Shown here: positions 41,089 through 52,074 of the stretch, piece by piece | How the letters are laid out: every line of letters starts with the position of its first letter | How positions within the stretch are numbered: position 1 is the first letter of the stretch | From: Nostoc sp. UHCC 0302 | Lineage (GTDB): Bacteria > Cyanobacteriota > Cyanobacteriia > Cyanobacteriales > Nostocaceae | Assembly (NCBI RefSeq): GCF_038096175.1 | Contig: NZ_CP151099.1 | Coordinates: forward strand, 4,567,484-4,631,483 | DNA length: 64,000 nucleotides | Reading direction: 5' to 3' | The notes under the pieces: generated by a model | Databases searched by the model: none | What the model saw: only the letters and a program-made list of their open reading frames with translations | Told to the model about the DNA's origin: nothing | Position numbers and translations under genes: made by a program

Positions 41089-42573
41089 TTAACGGTGAGA
41101 ATATTTCAACTTGTGAAGCAATTCATCTTTAATGCGGTTGAGAATTGAAGTTTCATCTAGGGTTGCTAAAATGCGCCCGATGACTGCTTTAGGGCCATCA
41201 GACCCCCAAGTTGCGCCATTAGCTAAGTAAACTTTGGTAACTTGTCCAATGCCATAAGAAGAAACACCAGCTACGCCTGCTTGAGTTAATGCTACTGAGA
41301 TATAAGGGCCGATCGCAATCCCAGCTGTAGCTGTTGCAGAGATGCCAAGTAAAGTTTTTAACCCACTCAATCCCAAGTTTGCTAGTAGTTCACTAACACC
41401 AATTCCACCCATACTTAAAGCAATTTTTTGTAGCAATTGTACAGCACCACTTTCACTCATCGGGATGCCATAGAGTTTAGATAACCCCAAAATTAGAGCA
41501 ATATCAATTACTACGCTGCTAAGGATATCTACAACAGTAACAGGATTAAGAGCGATCGCTACTGCCTTAGTCATCACAGCCTTCCAAATCATCTGATTCG
41601 CATTCTGTTCTCGAATCATCAGTTTTCGCTGCACCAATTGCTCATTCACACTATCGGCATAAAGCATGGTGTTGAGGGCAACTAAGGCTTTGCCTTCACG
41701 GTGCAAAATCTCCAAAATTTTCAGCTTGAGTTCGTCGACTTGGGCTGTACCTGTACGCAATTGCACACCCCTAGTGCCATCAGGGCGACGTATCGCCGTC
41801 TTTACCAATGGTGATGCCGCTGCCATGACAATTTCTAGAGGTGTGAGTAATTCCCTTACCCTTTCATCCCGGATTTTTTGGTAAATTGCCATCCGGTCTG
41901 CTTCGGGATATTGGTCTACTTTGTTAAACACTAAAATTATCGGTTTACCAGCTTCCCGCAACTGAGAAAGGGCCTCGTATTCTATCTTCGTCATGTCGCC
42001 AGCAATGACAAATAAGATTAGATCCGCCTGTTTTGCCACCTGTTCTGCTAATGCCGCACGAGTATCACCATCTACTTCGTCTAAGCCAGGAGTATCAATT
42101 AATTCCACCTGTGATTGACCTCCCGCAGGTAAAGTAACTCGCAAAGCGCGTTCAGTTTCTCCAACTGCCTCTTCACTAATACTCCAATTCACTCGTTGTG
42201 CAGTACGCGTCACACCATGCAAAGGCCCGGTTTCAAATACCGTTTCTCCAACCAATGCATTGAGTAAAGAAGACTTGCCACGCCCCACCATACCAAAAGT
42301 AGCTATCTGCACCACCATACGGTCTAACTTTCCCAGCATAGTTTCCAAATCAGCAATTTCCGCCTCCAATCCGTCTTTTTCTTGGGGAGTCAGGTCAAGG
42401 CTGGTAACTAAGTTTCGCAGCGCCGTTTGTGCTTGTTTGTAGTTGAGTTCACTCTGAATATCTTCAAAACTGAAAATGGCGCTATCAAGTTCTTCTTCCC
42501 ATTTGAGAGAATCTGCATCAGTGTTGGCTGAATCGCTGTGATGAGGCTCGGGCAACGGCAATGTGGAAGTCAT
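41089..42573 (-). CDS. GTP-binding protein (Era/EngA-like G domain) with C-terminal DUF697-type membrane-associated domain
   Basis: G1 GMVGRGKSSLLNAL, G3 DTPG and G4 NKVD motifs, then a Gly/Ala/Ile-rich C-terminal region. Start chosen at MTSTLPLPEP (42573). Confidence 0.75.
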   Translation of the reverse strand: MTSTLPLPEPHHSDSANTDADSLKWEEELDSAIFSFEDIQSELNYKQAQTALRNLVTSLDLTPQEKDGLEAEIADLETMLGKLDRMVVQIATFGMVGRGKSSLLNALVGETVFETGPLHGVTRTAQRVNWSISEEAVGETERALRVTLPAGGQSQVELIDTPGLDEVDGDTRAALAEQVAKQADLILFVIAGDMTKIEYEALSQLREAGKPIILVFNKVDQYPEADRMAIYQKIRDERVRELLTPLEIVMAAASPLVKTAIRRPDGTRGVQLRTGTAQVDELKLKILEILHREGKALVALNTMLYADSVNEQLVQRKLMIREQNANQMIWKAVMTKAVAIALNPVTVVDILSSVVIDIALILGLSKLYGIPMSESGAVQLLQKIALSMGGIGVSELLANLGLSGLKTLLGISATATAGIAIGPYISVALTQAGVAGVSSYGIGQVTKVYLANGATWGSDGPKAVIGRILATLDETSILNRIKDELLHKLKYSHR

Positions 42574-42715
42574 ATCAATTTGAAATTTTAAATTTGGGAT
42601 TTTATTATTAGCCCCGTTTTCTATCCTAGTTATTTTTAGGCAAGGTTTGAGGAGTCGGGGAGCAGGGAGACAAACGGAATAAATACTGAGCAATGACTTT
42701 TGGCTCTTGATTCTT

Positions 42716-42796
42716 GTACAAACGCGATTCATCGCGTCTGTACTCCTAATTCAGCACGCTGCTCAAGCCCCGCTTCCGCTAACAGAATTCAGCACT
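42716..42796. repeat. SDR palindrome (gtacaaacgcgattcatcgcgtctgtac) immediately followed by a copy of the cagcacgctgctcaagccccgcttccgctaacag repeat
   Basis: The SDR is at 42716-42742. The second repeat (42751-42796) matches 11607-11655 and the reverse complement of 16965-16997. Confidence 0.8.
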
Positions 42797-42799
42797 CTC

Positions 42800-42930
42800 A
42801 ATGCCCAATGACCAATACTTCTCTACGAGAGGCTGCGCCCTAAGCGTACCTATGCCGCAGGCTTTACGACTTATCTACGAGACCGGAGGCGTTAGCGGAG
42901 CTTTCGCTTTAGCGATACGCTCAGTACAAG
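42800..42930. repeat. modular dispersed repeat (ttctctacgagaggc...ctacgagaccggaggcgttagc...cgctcagtacaag)
   Basis: Shares the gagaccggaggcgt and cgctcagtacaagt modules with 55830-55886, 5775-5810 and 17100-17140. Confidence 0.55.
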
Positions 42931-43017
42931 TAACAAATGACAAATGACCACTGAACAAATGACTAATGGCTAACAAAAAGTCCTAAACTGAAAAATGCAC
43001 CTAGTATTGTTAGGATC

Positions 43018-43758
43018 TTGACTAAATCACCTGTGCGGAAAATCGTTATTGCCGGTAACTGGAAAATGTACAAAACCCAGGCAGAAACCCAGGAGTTTTT
43101 ACTAGGATTTCTGCCCTACTTGGAGGAAAGGCCTCAAGGGCGAGAAGTAGTATTGTGTCCTCCTTTCACTGATTTAAACCTTTTGTCTAAGAGTTTGCAT
43201 GGCAGCCTTATACAACTGGGGGCGCAAAATATTCACTGGGAAGAATATGGAGCCTACACAGGGGAAATTTCTGGCCCTATGCTGACAGAAGTCGGTGTGC
43301 GTTATGTAATTGTCGGTCATAGCGAACGACGGCAATATTTTTCTGAAACTGACGCAACTGTCAATCTACGTCTCCAAGCTGCTCAGAGGTATGGTTTGAC
43401 TCCGATTCTCTGTGTAGGCGAAACTAAACAAGAACGAGATGCAGGAGAGACGGAAGCAGTGATTACCAGCCAAATACAAAAAGGCTTAATAGATATTGAT
43501 CAGGATAATTTGGTAATTGCCTATGAACCGATTTGGGCAATTGGTACTGGTGACACCTGCGAAGCAACGGAGGCAAATCGGGTAATTAGCTTAATTCGCA
43601 GCCTGTTGAGTAATCCGAATGTATCAATTCAATATGGTGGCTCAGTCAAACCGAATAATATTGACGAGATCATGGCTCAACCAGAAATTGATGGCGTCTT
43701 AGTTGGAGGAGCGAGTCTGGAACCAGCGAGTTTCGGTCGAATTGTCAATTATCACTAA
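43018..43758 (+). CDS. tpiA: triosephosphate isomerase
   Basis: [13 protein letters not shown]...VIVGHSERR...[11 protein letters not shown] are the canonical TIM motifs. The track uses a TTG at 43018; the GTG at 43033 ([12 protein letters not shown]) is the more likely start. Confidence 0.93.
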   Translation: MTKSPVRKIVIAGNWKMYKTQAETQEFLLGFLPYLEERPQGREVVLCPPFTDLNLLSKSLHGSLIQLGAQNIHWEEYGAYTGEISGPMLTEVGVRYVIVGHSERRQYFSETDATVNLRLQAAQRYGLTPILCVGETKQERDAGETEAVITSQIQKGLIDIDQDNLVIAYEPIWAIGTGDTCEATEANRVISLIRSLLSNPNVSIQYGGSVKPNNIDEIMAQPEIDGVLVGGASLEPASFGRIVNYH

Positions 43759-43783
43759 ATTTAATGCATGAGGAGTCAGGAGT

Positions 43784-43843
43784 AGAGACGCGATTATACT
43801 CTTACGAGAAGCCGCTCTTCGAGCGTCTACGCGTCTGTACAGG
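43784..43843. repeat. long SDR variant (same structure as 14912-14969)
   Basis: agagacgcgattatactcttacgagaagccgctcttcgagcgtctacgcgtctgtacagg. Confidence 0.8.
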
Positions 43844-44009
43844 AATCAGGAGTCAGAATAATACAGCAGTTTGCAAGTAAAGTAAGTACAGTATCTGAGT
43901 CTAAAACCCAGATATAAAGACTTTTTTACTTCTGACTGCTGAATTCTGAATTTTGCTGTATCAATTTATTCTGAATTCTGGGTTCTGATTTCCAAGTAAG
44001 AAAGTATTT

Positions 44010-44870
44010 ATGCCAAGTAATTTGATAATTCGGCAACGCTGTTTTGAGTGGGGACAGCGGACTTATCTGATGGGCATTTTAAATGTCACGCCTGATAGCT
44101 TTAGTGATGGCGGGGAGTTTAATACTACTTCTGCGGCTTTAGCACAGGCACAAGCGCTAGTAGCTGCTGGTGCTGACATTATAGATGTAGGTGGTCAGTC
44201 AACTCGACCAGGGGCAAAGCAAATAACTCTGGCAGAAGAACTTGAGCGCGTATTAACAGTGTTGCAGGTTATCCGACCAGAAATTTATATACCGATTTCT
44301 GTAGATACAACTAGGGCTTCTGTGGCAAAGGCTGCTGTAGAAGCTGGAGCAGATATAGTTAATGATATTTCTGGCGGCACTTTTGACTTAGAAATGTTGT
44401 CAACAGTAGCGAATCTGGGTGTGCCGATTATTTTAATGCATATCCGTGGAACCCCAGAGACAATGCAAAAACAAACTGATTATCAGGATTTGATTCCAGA
44501 GATTTATAGTTTTTTGGCAAGGCAAATTGGGGCTGCAACAGATGCGGGCATTGACTCAAAGAAAATTATTATTGATCCGGGAATTGGCTTTGCTAAGAAC
44601 TATGAACAAAATTTAGAAATTTTTCGCCGCTTGCGATCGCTTCAACCACTCAACTGTCCTATCTTAGTAGGGCCATCCCGTAAAGGTTTCATCGGTCAGA
44701 TTTTAAATCAACCAGATCCGAAAGCACGAGTCTGGGGAACGGCGGCGGCGTGTTGTGCTGCTATTTTTAATGGCGCTGATATTCTCCGAGTTCACGATGT
44801 TTCACAAATGCGTGATGTGTCGCAAGTAGCCGATGCTCTCTTCCGACAAGAAGTGCAGCGTCAATCTTAG
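44010..44870 (+). CDS. folP: dihydropteroate synthase
   Basis: LMGILNVTPDSFSDGG...DIIDVGGQSTRPGA...ILMHIRG and full-length FolP similarity. Confidence 0.93.
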   Translation: MPSNLIIRQRCFEWGQRTYLMGILNVTPDSFSDGGEFNTTSAALAQAQALVAAGADIIDVGGQSTRPGAKQITLAEELERVLTVLQVIRPEIYIPISVDTTRASVAKAAVEAGADIVNDISGGTFDLEMLSTVANLGVPIILMHIRGTPETMQKQTDYQDLIPEIYSFLARQIGAATDAGIDSKKIIIDPGIGFAKNYEQNLEIFRRLRSLQPLNCPILVGPSRKGFIGQILNQPDPKARVWGTAAACCAAIFNGADILRVHDVSQMRDVSQVADALFRQEVQRQS

Positions 44871-45709
44871 GTATTGCCATTTTCGGATTTTTTGCCATTA
44901 CCTTCAACAATTGCCGAATCGGCAATCAATTCCTGAAACATTTCAGTTGAGTTGGCTGGGTCTACAAAGACAATTTTGGCATTATTGCTTTCACCAAGCT
45001 TTTGGCTAGCGTCTACATAATCTTGGGCTACAAGATATCGCAGAATATCCTTACTTTCAGGATTGGAACGTAAAGCTTGAGCAATTATTTGCACTGAAGT
45101 CATAGTTCCTTCAGCTTTCTTAATTGCGGCTTGTCTTTCGCCTTCTGCTTCTACAATCACAGCGCGGCTTCTAATTTCAGCCGCCCGCTGTTCTTCCATT
45201 GACCTCCGCACACTTTCAGGGAGTGTAATACTCTGAATATCCAAGCGCATAATCTCAACACCCCAATCTACCGTGGTTTGATTGAGTTGGTCTAAGATTG
45301 CTCTGTCCATTTCCGCTCTAGAGATATTGGTCTCATCCAAGGAGTTCTGAGCAATAATTTCCCGGAGGGTAGTTGTAGTCAGATTTTTTAGCGCTTCTTG
45401 CAAATTATCAATTGCGTAAAAGCTTTTCTCAATATCTCTGATGCGCCAAAACACGACAGCATCAACTTCGAGGGAGATATTATCTTTAGTGATTGCGTTC
45501 TGAGGCTTAATGTCTAAAATCTGCTCGCGTGTGGTATCTTCCATCACAATCTGATCGACCAAGGGAACTATAAAGTTGAGTCCGGGTCTAAGTTTCCGAT
45601 GATACCGTCCCAGACGTTCCACTAGGGCTTCATTACCTTGATTAATCAGTTTTGCCGAACCCAAGGCATAACCTATAAGGGCTAAGACTATAGCAATGAT
45701 TGGCTCCAT
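44867..45709 (-). CDS. SPFH/band-7 family protein (third paralog in the window)
   Basis: N-terminal TM, then [31 protein letters not shown]...DAVVFWRIRD; closely related to the gene at 15070-16077. Its stop overlaps the folP stop by 4 nt (convergent). Confidence 0.9.
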   Translation of the reverse strand: MEPIIAIVLALIGYALGSAKLINQGNEALVERLGRYHRKLRPGLNFIVPLVDQIVMEDTTREQILDIKPQNAITKDNISLEVDAVVFWRIRDIEKSFYAIDNLQEALKNLTTTTLREIIAQNSLDETNISRAEMDRAILDQLNQTTVDWGVEIMRLDIQSITLPESVRRSMEEQRAAEIRSRAVIVEAEGERQAAIKKAEGTMTSVQIIAQALRSNPESKDILRYLVAQDYVDASQKLGESNNAKIVFVDPANSTEMFQELIADSAIVEGNGKKSENGNT

Positions 45710-46182
45710 ATATGCTCCTATTCAGCTTTTGGAGATTTAATTTAAAGGACATGGTACTACCTTGTCCTACTTCAGTCTAATGTTTTGAATCTGTAATTTT
45801 ATGAACACCAGCTGTGATGTCTGTAGACAAGTCCCTGGGTGTCTTGTCAGGCTTATGTAAGCAGCACAGTTTAGCGGAATGCGATCGCTATTAAAGCACC
45901 TTGATAACAAGCTGGCAAGGAGTACTTTTGCCACTATCTTTACTTACATGATTAGTTGTCATTTACACGGTATGCCTGAAAATTAAATTTTCACTTATAA
46001 ATATCTTGCACCATTCTCAATAAATCGTATGGTGGGCAATATCTCCAACGTAAAAATAAGGGTTTGAGCGCAGAGGAAGCATTGCCCTCCTACACAAATC
46101 GCAATAAAACATTTGGTGCAACACGTGAAACTCCATACCTAAAGGCTTCAGATTAAATCATAGTCCGTGGAGAAATTTAACT

Positions 46183-47844
46183 TTAACCTGTGACAAATCG
46201 CTTTATGGCTAAACTCAACCAAGGTTTGATATTTGCTGGTAAATCAGAATTCAAACGTAGGGGTAATTCTGGTGTAGAAAAGGATTGACCGTAAGCTGAT
46301 GTCAGAAATGGTTGGTAAATCTTAGCTTCTGGTGTGAGTTGTTTAATAAATGCGAGAGTCACACCCCGCATCAATAGGCGCAGAGAATTAGTTTCTTCGC
46401 CTCGCTTTTCTGGGACGATGGTGGTAGCTGCACTCACGGGATATGCCGGATCGGTAATACTTAAGTGAGTAGCACCAATGGCAGTTAATAAATACTTAGA
46501 ACCTCGCAACTGGGTAAAAGGTTCTATTTGATGAGTCAGGGATGGGGTAAGAGTGTCTTCGGTTCCGGTTAAGATTAATACTGGGTTGGTAACTTTGGTA
46601 AGACCATTTTTACCAAACAGTTTCCCGACTAACGGATTGAGAGCGATCGCACTTTTGACTCGCTCATCTTTCAACTGTAATTTTTTCTCTTTTAAACTAG
46701 CTGCGGCACACTGTAACCAATCAGCAGGGGAGTCGCCAACCGAAAGAGAAGTTTTGCAAAATTGCCGCAATGCTTCTAAGTCTAACTCTCCACCCACTAA
46801 AGCTAAGGCGGTATAACCTCCTAAAGAATGACCAATGACAGTTACTTTCTCAGTGTTGAACTTTCCTTGAAGTGGCCCTGATTGAATATTTAGTTTTGCT
46901 AGTTCATTAAGTAAAAAGCTGATATCTTTTGGTCGGTCAATAAATTCCCTAGCTGGTAGGAGTTGCGACAAGTTGACTTGATCTGAGGCGTTATTGACAG
47001 CGACAGCGTTACTACCAGGATGTTCAATTGCTGCTACGGTGATGCCGTGAGAAGCTAAATGACGCGCTAAATAGCTAATAAATCTGCGGTCAGATCCAAA
47101 GCCGTGGGAGATGACTACTAGTGGTGCTTGCACATCATCACCCCTACTCCAATAAATTTCTACTGGAATACTCCGGTTGCGTTGTCTGTCTTGTAAGGTG
47201 AGTGTGTTTTGCTCAACTGCTTGTTTACCCATCGCAGCTGGATCAAACGCAGGTTTAAAGGGTGTATCACTTTTTACTAATAACTCCCGTTCTAACAAAC
47301 TGCCAAGGGCTTGACTCTGGAATTGATTGGCATTGAATTTCACTGCAAGTTGGAGAGCTTGAGTTGCGTCGACGTTAACATTCTCTTCTGGGTAAGCTTG
47401 CAAGAAACCAACTACACTCAAACCATTGTATTGACGCAGAGCAAGGTTAAGAGCTGTTTGCAGACTTTCTACCGTACTCCCAGGTATTGCCCCTCCTAAG
47501 GATGTAATTAATTGTTTGCCTTGTGGCGATCGCACCAATTCATCAACGAATTTGTCTGCAAATGCTGGATCTACTCGCAGCCGCTGATTTAATAATTCTC
47601 GTACTTGCGGCGTTAATAAAGAGCTATAGATTTCTAGGTTTTCTGGGAGTTTACCAGTTTTGGCAAATTTTTCTAAATCAGCGATCGCTAGAGATTGCTG
47701 AAATGGCCCGAGGCGGATAGTAACTTTTTCTGCTGCTAAAGTTGAGGAGATTCCCACGCTCAAACTCATACCCAAGGTCAAACTGTAGAGTAATCCTTGT
47801 AATAAAGATGCCTTAAATAGATGTTTGCCAAACTGAAACTGCAT
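46183..47844 (-). CDS. DUF1400-domain alpha/beta hydrolase (secreted)
   Basis: Signal peptide, an N-terminal DUF1400-like region, and an alpha/beta-hydrolase core with the nucleophile elbow VIGHSLGGY. Start at MQFQFGKHLFK (47844). Confidence 0.7.
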   Translation of the reverse strand: MQFQFGKHLFKASLLQGLLYSLTLGMSLSVGISSTLAAEKVTIRLGPFQQSLAIADLEKFAKTGKLPENLEIYSSLLTPQVRELLNQRLRVDPAFADKFVDELVRSPQGKQLITSLGGAIPGSTVESLQTALNLALRQYNGLSVVGFLQAYPEENVNVDATQALQLAVKFNANQFQSQALGSLLERELLVKSDTPFKPAFDPAAMGKQAVEQNTLTLQDRQRNRSIPVEIYWSRGDDVQAPLVVISHGFGSDRRFISYLARHLASHGITVAAIEHPGSNAVAVNNASDQVNLSQLLPAREFIDRPKDISFLLNELAKLNIQSGPLQGKFNTEKVTVIGHSLGGYTALALVGGELDLEALRQFCKTSLSVGDSPADWLQCAAASLKEKKLQLKDERVKSAIALNPLVGKLFGKNGLTKVTNPVLILTGTEDTLTPSLTHQIEPFTQLRGSKYLLTAIGATHLSITDPAYPVSAATTIVPEKRGEETNSLRLLMRGVTLAFIKQLTPEAKIYQPFLTSAYGQSFSTPELPLRLNSDLPANIKPWLSLAIKRFVTG

Positions 47845-48183
47845 AGAAGTTACCCTTACTGGGAAAAAACCGATTATCAGCACCTGGGAAAATTCACTGC
47901 TGACATCTATTTTAGGTTAACCCATTTTTTCTTTTACAATTGATATAGCAATCCTCAAGCATTTATAAAAAACTAGATTCCCAACTTATCAAATAAGCTG
48001 GGAATCGGTGGTTTTCAAATCTCACAAATTAAACAGGATTGCTATAGCTTTTTTAAAAAAATAGACCTAATTTTCAACTTGCGTATTTCATAACTTGATT
48101 ATCATTTTTTTCCGTTGAGATGGAATGATAATGCAAGACTGGGGCGGGAAGTGTTGCCCAGCATCCCCAGGTTGCAGCCTTAT

Positions 48184-49734
48184 CTAAAATCCTGTGAAGA
48201 ACCTCACAACATTTATAAATGTGCCTAAAATCCCTGATATAGGACTGATAGTATCACTAGTTTTAGCTATGCCATTACGGCTAACTATAATAACATCATT
48301 ATTACGGAGTATGGGATTAGTTTGCTCATTAATTCCTTGAGCAAAATCGACTTTGACTTCGCGTTTAGTCACAGAACCATTAGGGTTGAGCCGAACTAAA
48401 TCTACAGTAGCTCTGCTAGCTCTATTATCGTTGAATCCGCCCGCAGCCAGTAGTGCTTGGTTTAAAGAACTATTAGGTTGAATCTCTACAGCTCCTGGTT
48501 TTTTAACTTCGCCTACCACACCAACTTGAATGCGTGTAGGAGATAAAGTAGTAGTAGCTAATTGAGTCGCTTCTGCTACGTTGATCTCAGTGGCCGTAGG
48601 AATAACAATTGTATCTCCGTCTTGCACAATTAAGTCTTGATTGATATCACCACTCTGCAATAGTTGCCAGAGATTGATATCTATAGTTTGTTCTGTACCG
48701 GCTCTTGTCGGTCGGCGGAGTTTGAGAGTCCGAACATCAGCTTGTGGTGTAATTCCCCCAGCTAGTTGAATTGCCCGCGTAATAGTTGGCAGTCCAGTAC
48801 CTGTAGCTCCGCCCGCCTGCCCATCTGTGCTACCTGAGCTCACCAGGTACGAGCCAGGACGATTAACTTCACCCACAATCGCTACTGTACGGGGTGTACT
48901 TGGGCTGGCGGCAAAGTTAGCGGCAGCTATATTGCGTGCTGTCGCCAAGTTGAATGTAGTTGCTGTTGGCACGATTATTGTGTCACCATCCCGCAAGGTA
49001 ATATCTTGCGTTAATGAGCCTGTTTTAATCAGTTCCTCCAAGTTGAGGGTGACTACTTGCTCTGAAGAACGTCCTATCTTACGCCGTAATTTGACTTGAG
49101 TCATATCCGCGCTTCCAAGTGTCCCCTGCGCTGCGGTGAGCGCAGCTAAGACAGTGGGATATTGTACACCTGGATTGTCTCCTGCGCCTCCGCTTAAACT
49201 CAGAGTATAAGCTCCTGGACGTGTTATCTCTCCAGCAACGAAAACATTTATGGGACGAGGTGATAATAAGTTGACTGAGATTAAAGGACGCTTGAGAAAG
49301 CGAGAGTATCTTCTAGCAATTTCATCAGCAGCTTGTTCGGTTGTTAATCCCAAAACGGATACACTGCCAATTAAAGGTAAGTTGACTGCTCCCCCAGGAG
49401 GTACTTGATATTCACCCGTATATTCTGGTACTTCAAATACATTTATGCGTATGCGATCGCCACCTCCTAAAGTGTAATTAGTATCTATTTGTGTAGTTTG
49501 TGTAGTTGGGATTGCTTGAGTAGGTGGTAATGTCTGATTTGTTCTTGGTATTGGCGAGTTTGGTCTTGTTTGTGTAATTGGTGTTATCTGTGTAATTGGT
49601 GATATTTGTGTTGTTTCTAATACTGTTTGTCCCTGAGCTAGGCTGGCAGACGGCACAGCCACATTGACAGCTGTTAACAAAGCTGCACCTGTAACGGGCT
49701 GAGTAAAGAATTTCAACAAACTTGTTTTAAGCAT
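48184..49734 (-). CDS. polysaccharide biosynthesis/export protein (Wza/KpsD-like; Poly_export plus SLBB domains)
   Basis: Signal peptide; YTLGGGDRIRINVFEVPEYTGEYQVPPGGAVNLPLIGSV (Poly_export domain) and repeated SLBB modules (GDTIIVPTA, GDTIVIPTA). Confidence 0.85.
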   Translation of the reverse strand: MLKTSLLKFFTQPVTGAALLTAVNVAVPSASLAQGQTVLETTQISPITQITPITQTRPNSPIPRTNQTLPPTQAIPTTQTTQIDTNYTLGGGDRIRINVFEVPEYTGEYQVPPGGAVNLPLIGSVSVLGLTTEQAADEIARRYSRFLKRPLISVNLLSPRPINVFVAGEITRPGAYTLSLSGGAGDNPGVQYPTVLAALTAAQGTLGSADMTQVKLRRKIGRSSEQVVTLNLEELIKTGSLTQDITLRDGDTIIVPTATTFNLATARNIAAANFAASPSTPRTVAIVGEVNRPGSYLVSSGSTDGQAGGATGTGLPTITRAIQLAGGITPQADVRTLKLRRPTRAGTEQTIDINLWQLLQSGDINQDLIVQDGDTIVIPTATEINVAEATQLATTTLSPTRIQVGVVGEVKKPGAVEIQPNSSLNQALLAAGGFNDNRASRATVDLVRLNPNGSVTKREVKVDFAQGINEQTNPILRNNDVIIVSRNGIAKTSDTISPISGILGTFINVVRFFTGF

Positions 49735-50178
49735 ATTTACCTGAGGCTCTGAGACTATGGTCGGTAAAGTATTGTCTAAACATTTTAATTTTGACTATAC
49801 TGAAGTATTCGAGTTCCCTGACACTCTTATTTTCCTAGAAAAGTGTATTATTCCGGAGAAATTTTCTTAACTGAATTTGAATTTTTAATGAAGTTAATTT
49901 GAAGCTAAACTTGCTTATCTATGAGGAATAGAAAAATAGATTATAGGAAAAAGTGTCTGTTCTGCAACGATATATCTACGAATAAAATTTTATTAATCAA
50001 GTCAATTTTATTGCTATTAAACTCTAATTTTAAATATAATAGAAGTATTAATTGTTGCCTAGATTGTTCTCAACACTATTAAGTTAGCTAAATAATAAAT
50101 GGTTACTGATATTAAATTAGAAGTCAAAAGACCAAAAAGTCTATAGCTTTTAACTTGGTGTGATCTTGCCAGTTGCTT

Positions 50179-51159
50179 TTAATCAACTGGACTAGTTAAT
50201 TTAATTTGTTGGATAAAAAATTCTTCTAAGGAATAACGAGATAAGTTCATCGCTACAATTTGTCCTCCCATTAAACGGAGACTAGCAAGAAAATCATAGT
50301 AATCGTCTTGTAGTGTACCTTGCCACGAACCATCAGGCTGAAATACTAGTTCGGGTATCCATTTTTTCAGAATTTCCCAGTCACCGCCTTGACCTTTAAC
50401 ATGATATGTGCTGCTGTTACCTAAGAGTTCATTGAGAGAACCAGAACAAATTAATTCACCTTGGGCGAGAATGGCAATGCGATCGCAAATTTGCTCTACC
50501 TCACTAAGAATGTGGCTGTTGAAAAAAATCGTCTTACCAGCGGCTTTGAGTGACAGAATAATTTCTCGCATTTGATAGCGTCCCACCGGATCAAGCCCAG
50601 ACATTGGTTCATCAAGAAAGACTAAATCTGGCTCATTAATTAGCGCTTGTGCCATACCGACACGCTGTAGCATTCCTTTAGAATAACGGCGCAGCAGCTT
50701 TTTTTGGGCATCAGCTTGTGATAAACCCACCAATTCCAGTAATTGGGGAATGCGCCGACGTTGGACACTTCTGGGAATTTGGAATAACCCAGCTGCTAGC
50801 TGCAAAAATTCCCAGCCAGTGAGATAGTCATACAGATAGGGATTTTCTGGCAGATAGCCAATGTTTTGTTTAACACTGCGATCGCCCAGCGGCTTACCTA
50901 ACAATAAGCCCCGCCCAGAGGTAGGACGAATAATTCCCAGCAAAAGTTTTAAAAGAGTAGTTTTACCAGCACCATTTGGCCCCAGCAAACCAAAAGTTTC
51001 CCCTTGGTAGACTGTTAAAGAACAGTTTTTGAGAGATACAATTTTTTGATTCAGCCAAAAGCCACTACGGTAGACTTTTCGTAACTCAGAAGTTAGCACT
51101 ACCGGCGGAGTGTCTTTCGTATTCAGTTGATAATTCGGGTCATCTGCAACAGACTTCAT
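50179..51159 (-). CDS. ABC transporter ATP-binding protein (ABC-2/DrrA-like, with C-terminal extension)
   Basis: Walker A GPNGAGKTT, signature YSKGMLQRVGMA, Walker B LVFLDEP, H-loop. Confidence 0.9.
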   Translation of the reverse strand: MKSVADDPNYQLNTKDTPPVVLTSELRKVYRSGFWLNQKIVSLKNCSLTVYQGETFGLLGPNGAGKTTLLKLLLGIIRPTSGRGLLLGKPLGDRSVKQNIGYLPENPYLYDYLTGWEFLQLAAGLFQIPRSVQRRRIPQLLELVGLSQADAQKKLLRRYSKGMLQRVGMAQALINEPDLVFLDEPMSGLDPVGRYQMREIILSLKAAGKTIFFNSHILSEVEQICDRIAILAQGELICSGSLNELLGNSSTYHVKGQGGDWEILKKWIPELVFQPDGSWQGTLQDDYYDFLASLRLMGGQIVAMNLSRYSLEEFFIQQIKLTSPVD

Positions 51160-51321
51160 CTCGTTTCAATGACTAACTTGATAGTAATAGGTTACACAGT
51201 ACGCTGATAATAACCATCACTATCTCGTGTGTCAATTGGGGATTGAGAGTGTTGAGTGCTGAGTGCTGAGTTAGTAGTTAGGAGTTAGAAGTCATAGTTA
51301 TTCTTCTTGCCCTCCTGCCTC

Positions 51322-51966
51322 CTACAAAACGCCTTTAGAACTGGGAATTGTGCCAGCACGACGGGGGTCAATTTCCACGGCTATCCGCATTGCCCTAGCA
51401 AACGCTTTAAATGTCGCTTCAATGATGTGATGGGAATTAATACCATCCAGTTGCCGAATGTGTAGTGTCATTTGGCTGTGGTTCACCAATCCGACAAAAA
51501 ATTCGCGTGTTAATTGGGTGTCATAGGTTCCCACGCGCTGAGTAGGAATTTGCAAGCCATAACTGAGATGAGGACGACCAGAAAAGTCTAGCGCTACCTG
51601 AATTAAAGCTTCATCCAGCGGTGCAAGAAAGTTACCAAAGCGGACAATACCTTTTTTGTCACCTAATGCTTGGTTCAAAGCTTGCCCCAAGGTAATGCCT
51701 ACATCTTCATTGGTGTGGTGGTCATCAATTTCCCAGTCTCCCTTAGCTTGGACATCTATATCAATCAGCCCGTGGGAAGCAATTTGATGCAACATATGAT
51801 CCAAAAATGGAATGCCTGTTGCTGCTGTACAAGTTCCTCTACCATCTAGGTTGATAGTAACTTGCACATCAGTTTCACCAGTGGTGCGGTGAACAGTGGC
51901 AATACGAGGAACTCTAGTTGACTGTTCGTAGTTTGAGGAATTAACTTGACGATTGGTTGTTTGCAT
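51322..51966 (-). CDS. hisB: imidazoleglycerol-phosphate dehydratase
   Basis: [13 protein letters not shown]...[15 protein letters not shown]...[14 protein letters not shown]...[24 protein letters not shown] are the canonical IGPD motifs. Confidence 0.93.
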   Translation of the reverse strand: MQTTNRQVNSSNYEQSTRVPRIATVHRTTGETDVQVTINLDGRGTCTAATGIPFLDHMLHQIASHGLIDIDVQAKGDWEIDDHHTNEDVGITLGQALNQALGDKKGIVRFGNFLAPLDEALIQVALDFSGRPHLSYGLQIPTQRVGTYDTQLTREFFVGLVNHSQMTLHIRQLDGINSHHIIEATFKAFARAMRIAVEIDPRRAGTIPSSKGVL

Positions 51967-52074
51967 AGTTAATAGGGATTAGGGATTAAGGATTAGGGCT
52001 AGGGACTAGGGACTAGGAACTGAGGACTAGGCAAGAGTTTTCCCAATCCCCAATACTCAATACCCAATCCCCAG
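51967..52074. repeat. STRR heptamer arrays (tagggat/tagggac; complementary ccccaat)
   Basis: Tandem heptamers between hisB and fabI. Confidence 0.8.

Noticed and set aside
36423-42732. Looked for lasso-peptide biosynthesis genes (B protease, C cyclase, RRE, ABC exporter) near the candidate precursor.
   Set aside because: The transglutaminase-like protein at 36423-37253 is of the SirB1/UPF0162 type and is separated by unrelated genes. The GTPase at 41089-42573 is unrelated. The 81-aa ORF at 39959-40204 has only a faint N-x-T...IW resemblance to an RRE.
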